A stretch of DNA of 64,000 bases, from positions 32,001 through 96,000 of the forward strand of contig JAVVGF010000001.1 in assembly GCA_032249235.1 (NCBI GenBank), given 5' to 3'. Shown here piece after piece: positions 56,529-64,000 of this stretch (its first letter is position 1; each line of letters opens with the position of its first letter). A model generated the notes under the pieces. That model saw nothing but the letters and a program-made list of their open reading frames with translations. It was not told the DNA's origin and ran no database searches. This DNA comes from Thermoproteota archaeon. GTDB lineage: Archaea; Thermoproteota; Thermoprotei; Gearchaeales; Gearchaeaceae. The position numbers and the translations under genes were made by a program.

Positions 56529-57714
56529 CAGCTACAATTTTTATTACATCTCTATGCTTCAATACATACTCTGCACCAATTCTTTGTTTGTTTTTAACAT
56601 CTATTGCATAGATGAAATTTTTACCCAAATCTGTATGAATCATATAAGCTAGTTCTCTTGCAGTGGTATCGCTAGGAACTAAGAAAACGTCAGGCAAAAC
56701 ATTTCCTTGATGATCAGTTAGTCTGTTTTGATCTTCGACAGGGAATACCGCAATGTAATTTAGGAGCTTGAAATAACATACTTCTAAAGCTTCCTGAACA
56801 CCTGTTGAACCAAATTTCTTCAATACGTTTTCTCTAATATAATTTAAAACTGCAAGCCTTTTTTCATCGATATTCTTAAGTATCTTAAAATCAGAATTTC
56901 CAGGCATATAATCGATAATTCCTAAATCGGCAGCTTTTCTTAAAGCTAATTCCGCTTCTGCAGATACTGGAATTACTATTCTATCTTTCATTTCATTCTT
57001 AATCCTTTCGTAATTTATCCAAGACGAAGGTAAATCAATTTTATTAGCCGCAATCAAAATAGGTTTAGCTTCTTTAATTAACAAGCTTACAAATAATTTC
57101 AAATCATCTTCTTTCCATTCTTTAGGATTTTTGTTCATTTTTTGAACTGTTCTCATAATGTGTTTCCTTTTAATTGAAAAGCCGCTTAGTTTTCTTTCTA
57201 AGAAATCAACAATCTTAGAAGATTCTTCATAGATAAGCTTCCTCATCTCTTTCTCAAAATCTTCCTTTAAATGCGAAAATACCCACATAGTTATCTCTTC
57301 CTCAATAAACTTGATATCTTCTAAAGGATCATGTGTTCCAGGCTTAACTATTCTTCCTTCAAAGTCAGTAGAACCAGATGTATCGACGACATGTATTAAT
57401 GCATCGCTCCTTCTTAATTCATCTAAAAATTTATTACCTAAACCTTTTCCTTTCCATGCTTCAGGAACAAGACCTGCAACATCAATAATTTCTATGGGTA
57501 CGTATCTTGTACCATTAATACAAATTGAATTCCTTGGATTATCTTGAACTCCGAGTTCTTTGCAAACGCATTTGACTCGCACGTAACCTATTCCTTTGTT
57601 TGGTTCTATGGTTGTAAAAGGAAAAGGAGCAATTTTTACATTCAGTTTAGTAATAGCGCTAAAAAAAGTACTTTTACCTACGTTTGGTTTACCTATTATA
57701 CCGATTAATGGCAT
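56521..57714 (-). CDS. YchF/OLA1-like Obg-family NTPase with TGS domain
   Basis: GKPNVGKST, PFTTIEPN, DVAGLV, ANKID, IHTDL; ATG at 57714 preferred. Confidence 0.93.
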   Translation of the reverse strand: MPLIGIIGKPNVGKSTFFSAITKLNVKIAPFPFTTIEPNKGIGYVRVKCVCKELGVQDNPRNSICINGTRYVPIEIIDVAGLVPEAWKGKGLGNKFLDELRRSDALIHVVDTSGSTDFEGRIVKPGTHDPLEDIKFIEEEITMWVFSHLKEDFEKEMRKLIYEESSKIVDFLERKLSGFSIKRKHIMRTVQKMNKNPKEWKEDDLKLFVSLLIKEAKPILIAANKIDLPSSWINYERIKNEMKDRIVIPVSAEAELALRKAADLGIIDYMPGNSDFKILKNIDEKRLAVLNYIRENVLKKFGSTGVQEALEVCYFKLLNYIAVFPVEDQNRLTDHQGNVLPDVFLVPSDTTARELAYMIHTDLGKNFIYAIDVKNKQRIGAEYVLKHRDVIKIVAAK

Positions 57715-57827
57715 CCAATGCAATTATTTCAATTTTCACTTAAAATGATATTTGAGGATTATGCATGAATGAGAGCTACTTCAACCATCATAGTTTAAAT
57801 TTTTAAATGTTCTCTTCTTTTATCCTT

Positions 57828-58763
57828 ATGTTCAATGTACTAATCTGCGATCCTATTTCAATAAATTGTGTTGAAAAATTGAAAGAAGAAAAATTCAACG
57901 TCATCTTCAAGCCTAATATTACAAGGGAATTGTTAATTGAAGAAGTTAAAGATAAAGATGCCTTAGTTGTTAGAGGAAGAACAAAGGTTGATGCTACCAT
58001 CATGGATAATGCAACAAAATTGAAAGTTATAGTTAGAGCTGGTGTAGGTTTAGATAATATAGATCTTCAATATGCTCAAATGAAGGGCATTGAAGTTTTC
58101 AACACACCAGAGGCAGTCACTAACGCTGTTGCCGAATTAACAATTTGCTTTATTATATCATTATTACGAAATGTTCATAAAGGAAATTCTTCTCTTAAAA
58201 AAGGAGAATGGATTAAAAATCTTCTCATAGGCAGCGAGTTAAAGAGTAAAACTGTAGGGATTCTAGGTTTTGGTAGAATAGGTATGGAAGTAGCTAAGAA
58301 ATTAAAAGCTTTTGATTGTAGAATTTTATGTTACAGTAGGACAGATAAAAGTGAAATTGCAAAGAAGATAGGCGTCGATTTCACTAATGATTTAGACTAT
58401 TTATTAAGGGAGTCTGATATACTAACCGTTCACTTAACTCTTAATAATGAAACTTATAAGTTCTTGAATAGAGAGAGATTGGCCAAGATGAAAAAAGGAG
58501 CATACTTGATCAACACTTCAAGAGGCGCAATTATTGATGAAGAAGCCTTATTAGAAGTATTAGAGAATGGGCATTTAGCAGGCGCAGCCTTAGATGTATT
58601 CGAATATGAACCTCCTCAAACAGAAATTGAAAAAAGATTATTGAGATTAGAAAATGTTTTAGTTACCCCACATATAGGTGCTCAAACTAAAGAAGCGATG
58701 GAAAAAGAAGGTGAAGAGGTTGCTCGAATATTAATAGATTACTTTAAGAAGATTAAAATATGA
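57828..58763 (+). CDS. D-2-hydroxyacid dehydrogenase (SerA-like, no ACT domain)
   Basis: RAGVGLDNID, GILGFGRIG, INTSRG, LDVFEYEP, TPHIGAQT. Confidence 0.9.
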   Translation: MFNVLICDPISINCVEKLKEEKFNVIFKPNITRELLIEEVKDKDALVVRGRTKVDATIMDNATKLKVIVRAGVGLDNIDLQYAQMKGIEVFNTPEAVTNAVAELTICFIISLLRNVHKGNSSLKKGEWIKNLLIGSELKSKTVGILGFGRIGMEVAKKLKAFDCRILCYSRTDKSEIAKKIGVDFTNDLDYLLRESDILTVHLTLNNETYKFLNRERLAKMKKGAYLINTSRGAIIDEEALLEVLENGHLAGAALDVFEYEPPQTEIEKRLLRLENVLVTPHIGAQTKEAMEKEGEEVARILIDYFKKIKI

Positions 58764-58784
58764 GAAAATTGAGATGATTAGTTA

Positions 58785-59231
58785 ATGGGTCTAGCAAAAT
58801 ACAGCAAACTGATAAAGAAGGTCTATGAAAATGAATTTAAGTTGAGATTAGCTGAATGGAGGAAACAACCTACTGTAGTTAAACTCGAGCATCCTACTAT
58901 AATTTGGAAAGCAAGGATGTTGGGATATAAAGCAAAGCAAGGGATTATAGTAGTAAGGGTGCGTGTAAGGAAAGGAAAATTTTCAAGACAAAGACCTAAA
59001 ACTGGAAGGAGACCTAAAAGGATGGGGACGACGAGATTAACTATAAAGAAAAGTCTAAGATTGATTGCAGAAGAAAAAGCTCAAAGAAAGTTTCCTAATA
59101 TGGAAGTATTGAACTCTTATTATGTAGCTGAAGATGGAATGTATAAATGGTATGAAGTTATTTTAGTCGATCCATATAGCACGAGTATAAAAAAGGATAA
59201 GAGTTTGAATTGGATATATAGAGGAGAATAA
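58785..59231 (+). CDS. rpl15e: 50S ribosomal protein L15e, C-terminally short
   Basis: ARMLGYKAKQG, GRRPKRMG, LNSYYVAEDG.YKWYEVILVDP. Confidence 0.96.
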   Translation: MGLAKYSKLIKKVYENEFKLRLAEWRKQPTVVKLEHPTIIWKARMLGYKAKQGIIVVRVRVRKGKFSRQRPKTGRRPKRMGTTRLTIKKSLRLIAEEKAQRKFPNMEVLNSYYVAEDGMYKWYEVILVDPYSTSIKKDKSLNWIYRGE

Positions 59232-59656
59232 TGGCGCAAGTACCTGAAATAGATGCAGAAAAGCTTGAGTTTGAGGAATTAAGGAAGAAGCTTGTAGCAT
59301 ATGTAAAAACTAAAGAAGGTAAGAAAAGGAAAGCTAGAGGTTTTAGCAGAGATGAATTAAAAGCTGTTAATCTAACTCCTAAGCAGGCATTGAAGCTTGG
59401 AATACCAGTAGATATAAGAAGAAAAACTTCTTATGAAGAAAACATTAGCATTTTGAAAAGCATTGATTTAAAAAGGCTTGAGCAGCTTGCTAAGAAATAT
59501 TTGAAGAAGAAAAAGAAGAAAGTAAAAGGTAAGCATAGAAAGAGAGTATTTAGAGGCTTGACTTCTGCTGGTAAGAAAATGCGAGGTCTTAGAAAAGATA
59601 AACTAATCAATACACACAAGTATAAGTGGAAGAAAAAGAGAAAATGGGAAAAGTAG
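59231..59656 (+). CDS. rpl13e: 50S ribosomal protein L13e carrying an L15e-type tail
   Basis: RGFSRDEL..ALKLGIPVDIRRKT (eL13), followed by RVFRGLTSAGKKMRGL. Confidence 0.9.
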   Translation: MAQVPEIDAEKLEFEELRKKLVAYVKTKEGKKRKARGFSRDELKAVNLTPKQALKLGIPVDIRRKTSYEENISILKSIDLKRLEQLAKKYLKKKKKKVKGKHRKRVFRGLTSAGKKMRGLRKDKLINTHKYKWKKKRKWEK

Positions 59657-59853
59657 CTAAGGGAATTAAATGTAGCGTTATAGGTTGTAATAAGGAAGCT
59701 GAGAAATCTCTTTCTTCACAAAGAGCTTCATTAGCTACTTCTTTGAAGTTTGCTTTGAATTCAAGGCAAGTATACTTATGTAAAGAGCATTATAAAATCT
59801 GGAAGAAAGAAACGAAAGAAATTAGGGAAATTGAAAGAGCTGGATGGGAATAG
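59644..59853 (+). CDS. small CxxxxC..CxxH zinc-binding protein
   Basis: MGKVAKGIKCSVIGC...VYLCKEHYKIWKK; ATG at 59644. Confidence 0.8.
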   Translation: MGKVAKGIKCSVIGCNKEAEKSLSSQRASLATSLKFALNSRQVYLCKEHYKIWKKETKEIREIERAGWE

Positions 59854-60874
59854 CTTAGAAGAACTTTGTATTGTTTTAATCGGAGACTATCCAAGCTTAG
59901 CTGAAAAGGAAGTACTTTATTCTTTAGATTCAGCTGGTTTTTATTATGAATATATTGAAACTAGAGGATTATTGCTCATTTTGAAAACATATGAATTCGT
60001 GGTACCTTATCTTGTTTGGAGATGTGCGAAAATAAGACATGTATCGAAATTAATATTTAAAGGAAAAATTGAAGAAATCAAAAATCTTGAAAAAATTAAT
60101 CTAAATATCAAAGGTAGCTTGGCAGTAAGGATACATTCTTACGATAGAGAATATAAGCAAATAGTGAGAGATTTGGAAAGAAAAATAGGTTCTTATTTCT
60201 ATTATAAAGGCTATAAAATAGATTTAACTAATCCTTCTAACTTAATCACTGGCTATATTAAGGATGGATTAATTTATTTAGGAATACATTTAGCAAGCAC
60301 TAATCGAAAGCTTTTATTTTCAAGAAGACCAAGCAAGAAGCCCGCCTTTCATCCTTCATCTATGATGCCTGAAAATGCTAGGTTAATGGTAAATTTAGCT
60401 AAAGCTCCTTTGAATGAATTATTTGTTGATCCTTTTTGTGGAGTAGGAGGCATCTTGATAGAAGCAGCTTTCATTTCTCAACATTGTATAGGAATAGATA
60501 TAGATAAGAAAATGTTAAAGGGTTGTAAGATTAACGTTAACTATTACGGATTGTATAATGTTGACTTAATTCAAGCTGATGCTCTTAAAATACCTTTAAG
60601 AAGAATTAATAGCATTGCATGTGATACACCATATGGAATTGCTTCTTCTTTGAAGAAGCGTGAACATGAAAAGCTTGTATATGATTTCTTAAGAAACTTG
60701 AAAGAATATGGTAAGTTAAGAATATGCATTGCAACAACTCTAGAAAATCTAGAACCTGAAGGATTTAAAATAATTTTGAAATATCCTCAAAAAGTTAGAG
60801 AATCATTAATAAGATGGCTTTACGTTTTAGAGCTATATGATAGAGATCGTTTTCTTGGGTACATCGGGGAGTAA
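59831..60874 (+). CDS. THUMP + methyltransferase, tRNA m2G10 (Trm11/TrmG10)-like
   Basis: RRPSKKPAFHP, ARLMVNL, DPFCGVGG, DID, DTPYG. Confidence 0.85.
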   Translation: MKELDGNSLEELCIVLIGDYPSLAEKEVLYSLDSAGFYYEYIETRGLLLILKTYEFVVPYLVWRCAKIRHVSKLIFKGKIEEIKNLEKINLNIKGSLAVRIHSYDREYKQIVRDLERKIGSYFYYKGYKIDLTNPSNLITGYIKDGLIYLGIHLASTNRKLLFSRRPSKKPAFHPSSMMPENARLMVNLAKAPLNELFVDPFCGVGGILIEAAFISQHCIGIDIDKKMLKGCKINVNYYGLYNVDLIQADALKIPLRRINSIACDTPYGIASSLKKREHEKLVYDFLRNLKEYGKLRICIATTLENLEPEGFKIILKYPQKVRESLIRWLYVLELYDRDRFLGYIGE

Positions 60875-61739
60875 ACCAACAAAACATAGAGGGCTACCTT
60901 CAATTGCTTTGATATTCGATGGTGATATTTACTTATTAGATTGTGGTGAAGGCACGCAAAGACAAATTTTAAATTCAGGTCTTAATTCTAACAAAATAAA
61001 ATGCGTTTTTATTTCCCATTTGCATGGTGATCATTGGTTTGGTCTTCCAGGTTTAATTTGGAGTACTGGTTTAGACATGAGAAAGGAAGATTTAGTAGTA
61101 TATGCTCCAAAAAGGTTTTCAGAAATTTTTTCAACTTTAGATGAATTTTTGCATCCTTATAGACTTTATAAAGTAATCATAAAAGAAATTGAAGAAGGAT
61201 TGATATATGAAGATAAGAAGATTGAAGTTTATGCAATGAAAGCAAAACATAGCGTTGAAAGTTATTCTTTCAAAATAAAGGAAAAGGACAGACCTCCTAA
61301 AGTATTAAAAGATAAGCTAAAAGAGCTAAACATTCCTGAAGGGCCTCATTTAAGAAAACTGAAAGCAGGATATCCAGTAAAGTTGCCGGATGGAAGAATG
61401 ATATATCCTGAGCAAGTTTTAGGAGAACCGAAAAAAGGAAAGATCATTGTTTATAGTGGTGATACTGCACCAAATGAATCATTGATTGAATTTGCTAAAG
61501 ATGCTGATGTATTAATTCATGAAGCCACTTTCAGCGATGAAGAAGAAGCGATGGCTAGAGAATCGAAGCACTCAACAAGTAGAGATGCTGCGAGAATTGC
61601 TAAGAAAGCAAATGTAAAATTATTGATCTTAACACATGTAAGCGCTAGATATAAAAGTCCTGATTTATTATTAGCTCAGGCTAAAGAAGAATTTGAAAAT
61701 GTAATTATTGCTCAAGATTTCTCTCGCTTTCAGATTTAG
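60837..61739 (+). CDS. rnz: ribonuclease Z
   Basis: FLGT, DCGEGTQ, SHLHGDH, exosite PEGP, SGDT, HEAT, THVSARY. Confidence 0.96.
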   Translation: MIEIVFLGTSGSKPTKHRGLPSIALIFDGDIYLLDCGEGTQRQILNSGLNSNKIKCVFISHLHGDHWFGLPGLIWSTGLDMRKEDLVVYAPKRFSEIFSTLDEFLHPYRLYKVIIKEIEEGLIYEDKKIEVYAMKAKHSVESYSFKIKEKDRPPKVLKDKLKELNIPEGPHLRKLKAGYPVKLPDGRMIYPEQVLGEPKKGKIIVYSGDTAPNESLIEFAKDADVLIHEATFSDEEEAMARESKHSTSRDAARIAKKANVKLLILTHVSARYKSPDLLLAQAKEEFENVIIAQDFSRFQI

Positions 61740-62145
61740 CAGTTTTATATGCTTTTGGTAACGGTGCAATCATATCGATGATTTTCATTGGATCATCTGA
61801 AATGATTTTTATTTCTATCGCACCAAGTGGAGCTTCACCTGCAATTGTTACGAAAGAAATTCTATTCATGTATGCAGCTTGCTTATTTAATTTAAAGCTT
61901 AAGGAATTATTTTCTATGCTTCTCTCAAGAATACTTCTTGCAGTTAGTTCTATCCTTTGTTTCTTTATCAAATTTGCAATTTTATTCAAAGACTTGAGAG
62001 AATAAGACTTCGCAACATAATATTTTGAACCTAATTCTTCTATCAATTCTATTTTTTCGAAATCGAAAACATTTTCTAACGCAATCCTAACTTTTCCTTC
62101 ATCTTCTGTAGGCTTTATTTCTACTTTAGCTATTATTTCAAGCAT
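61705..62145 (-). CDS. UPF0201/COG1931 RNA-binding-like protein
   Basis: PTED..KV..AL.N, LNKQAA, PLGAI. Confidence 0.85.
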   Translation of the reverse strand: MLEIIAKVEIKPTEDEGKVRIALENVFDFEKIELIEELGSKYYVAKSYSLKSLNKIANLIKKQRIELTARSILERSIENNSLSFKLNKQAAYMNRISFVTIAGEAPLGAIEIKIISDDPMKIIDMIAPLPKAYKTAKSESERNLEQ

Positions 62146-62650
62146 TTAATATCTTCTTCAAAATATCTAAAAATTGCTTTCTTAAATCTTCTTCTGTTCC
62201 TTCATTAACGATCATGTAATCAGCTATAGCTATAACATTTCCTATACCTAAAGAAAGTTCTCTTTCGTCTCTCTTTTTAAATTCTTCAAAATTATCAGGA
62301 TCATCATTCCTTTTCCTATTTAATGCTCTTTTGAATCTAGTTAAAGGGCTTGCATGTATTGCAATGAGATAAACTTCTCCAATGGTTTTGAAATATTCTA
62401 CTTCTTCAATATTCCTTATTCCTTCAACTATGACATCTTTATTTAGCTTTTTTATCTCTTCTCCACAAATTCTTGCTATTGCATCTCTTCCATGTTTTTC
62501 TCTTATTTCAAATATTAGCCTTGCTGTATCATGACCTAACTCCCTAACCTTATCTCCCATGCTAATGACATGTATTCCTAGCTCTTTTGCAAAGCTTGAA
62601 GCTAATGTTTTACCTGCCAAAGGCATTCCAGTAATGCAAATTATTTTCAT
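62138..62650 (-). CDS. UPF0200/COG0237 nucleotide kinase-like protein
   Basis: ITGMPLAGKT, SMGD, EGIR, RDERELSLG..IAIAD. Confidence 0.85.
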   Translation of the reverse strand: MKIICITGMPLAGKTLASSFAKELGIHVISMGDKVRELGHDTARLIFEIREKHGRDAIARICGEEIKKLNKDVIVEGIRNIEEVEYFKTIGEVYLIAIHASPLTRFKRALNRKRNDDPDNFEEFKKRDERELSLGIGNVIAIADYMIVNEGTEEDLRKQFLDILKKILNA

Positions 62651-62693
62651 CTTATTCGGTTAAATTTTAATTATACATATTTAAAAATAGATA

Positions 62694-63239
62694 ATGCGCT
62701 GTTTCATAGCTATTGATATATCAAATCCTAATACACTTGAGAATTTAGCTAGGATGGCTAATTTATTCAATCTAGCTGGTGTTAAACCTGTTGAGAAAGA
62801 GAATTTGCATATAACGCTTAAATTCTTGGGAGAAATATCAGAAAAGATTGTTCAAGAATTGATATCCAAGCTTGATGAAGTCAAATATAAGCAATTCGAA
62901 GTTAGAGTAGCAGGCATAGGAGCTTTTCCGAATATGAGAAGACCAAGAGTTATTTGGGCTGGAATAAAGGAAGGACATCAGGAACTAATACAGCTTGAAT
63001 CTTTAATTGAACATGCATTACAAGATTTAAAACTAAGAATAGAAGATGAAAGGTTTCATCCGCATGTAACCTTAGCGAGAATAAAAGATAATCGAAGCAT
63101 AATGCAAGTTTTAGAAATAATTAATTCTAATTTAGATCAAGAATTCGGGAAATTCGAAGTTAAAGATTTCGCATTGAAACAAAGTACTTTAACTTCAAGA
63201 GGTCCTATTTATAGCGATATTAAAAGGTTCAATCTATGA
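62694..63239 (+). CDS. thpR: 2H phosphoesterase (RNA 2',3'-cyclic phosphodiesterase / 2'-5' RNA ligase)
   Basis: HITL and HVTL motifs, RPRVIWAG, STLT..GPIY. Confidence 0.93.
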   Translation: MRCFIAIDISNPNTLENLARMANLFNLAGVKPVEKENLHITLKFLGEISEKIVQELISKLDEVKYKQFEVRVAGIGAFPNMRRPRVIWAGIKEGHQELIQLESLIEHALQDLKLRIEDERFHPHVTLARIKDNRSIMQVLEIINSNLDQEFGKFEVKDFALKQSTLTSRGPIYSDIKRFNL

Positions 63240-64000
63240 GTATTGAAGAAATAATAGAGAAAGCAAAGGAAAAAACTAGCATAAGTCATGAAGAAAGAGA
63301 AAGATTGAATGAAGTAGTAAAAGAAGTAATTGAAAAGCTTGAAGAAAAAAAGAAAGAATTGAACTTAGATCTAATAATAGAAGTCCACGGTTCTTTTGCA
63401 CATGATACATGGCTTAGCGGAGATAAAGATGTAGATATATTCGTTTTGAAGAGGAGCGAGGAAGTTATTGAAGAGGCGATGAAACTTGCAAAATCGACTT
63501 TTAAAGATTATGTTGAAAAATATGCTGAACATCCTTATGTTACAGTGTTTTATAAAGGATATAACTTCGATATCGTTCCTGCTTACTTATTAGAAAAAGG
63601 AGAAAAAATAAAAACTGCTACAGATAGAAGCAGATTGCATACTTTATATTTGAAAGAGGTCTTGAATGATGAACTTAGAAAGGAAATTAGATTGCTTAAA
63701 TTATTCCTTAAGACGCTCGATCTTTATGGTGCAGAAATAAAAACAGGAGGAATGTCAGGTTATCTTTGTGAATTATTAATTGTTCATTATCGTAGTTTTC
63801 TTAATTTAATAAGATCTGCTATAAATTGGAAGCCATACAAAACTATCATAGGAGAATGGAAAGGGCCGCCTGAGCCTTTAGTCGTTGTTGATCCTGTGGA
63901 TTCTACAAGAAATGTTGCATCTTCTTTCAAAAGAGTTGAGGATTTCAAATATGCATGTATTTTATTCTTAGAAAATCCTTCTTTAAGATTCTTCGAAGGT
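63236..64000 (+). CDS. cca: CCA-adding enzyme (class I), 3'-truncated by window edge
   Basis: Manual translation: VHGSFAHDTWLSGDKDVDIF, YAEHPYV, DIVP, TATDRSRLH, YGAEIK.GGMSGYLCELL. Confidence 0.95.
   Translation, partial: MSIEEIIEKAKEKTSISHEERERLNEVVKEVIEKLEEKKKELNLDLIIEVHGSFAHDTWLSGDKDVDIFVLKRSEEVIEEAMKLAKSTFKDYVEKYAEHPYVTVFYKGYNFDIVPAYLLEKGEKIKTATDRSRLHTLYLKEVLNDELRKEIRLLKLFLKTLDLYGAEIKTGGMSGYLCELLIVHYRSFLNLIRSAINWKPYKTIIGEWKGPPEPLVVVDPVDSTRNVASSFKRVEDFKYACILFLENPSLRFFEG

Noticed and set aside
57724-57806. Possible C/D box sRNA in the divergent ychF-serA gap (ATGATA/ATGA or minus-strand ATGATGG)
   Set aside because: No canonical RUGAUGA box and no terminal CUGA box at suitable spacing on either strand
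59489-59656. Poly-Lys A-rich tract in eL13 as a possible frameshift or slippage site
   Set aside because: The frame stays open through to the conserved tail, so no recoding is needed
1-64000. CRISPR arrays, rRNA genes, defence systems, proviruses
   Set aside because: No regularly spaced repeats, long GC-rich structural RNA or recognisable cas, viral or transposase genes; nearly all sequence is accounted for by core genes

Overview
This is an AT-rich, very gene-dense archaeal chromosome segment, almost certainly TACK/Thermoproteota (short crenarchaeal-type XPF, eL13, split GMP synthase, archaeal RNAP subunits, topo VI). It is mostly core genome: translation and ribosome-biogenesis superoperons, KEOPS/t6A and other tRNA-processing genes, mevalonate and ether-lipid genes, glycine cleavage, purine synthesis, an ECF module, one tRNA-Gln(UUG) and a respiratory Rieske/cytochrome b operon. 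No CRISPR array, integrase or intact transposase is visible. The best leads are: (1) a secreted, sequon-rich type I membrane protein with ribophorin I (OST1/RPN1)-like motifs; (2) a Rieske/cytochrome b operon whose fourth heme-ligand His is replaced by Lys, co-transcribed with two tiny membrane proteins and a DsrE-like protein; (3) the eL15 C-terminal tail moved onto the adjacent eL13; (4) three single genes on the opposite strand inside conserved superoperons; (5) non-coding signals: a K-turn over the L7Ae start, a perfect palindrome before rpo7, and an IS200/IS605-like end remnant. All family calls come from motif recognition by eye, not database searches.
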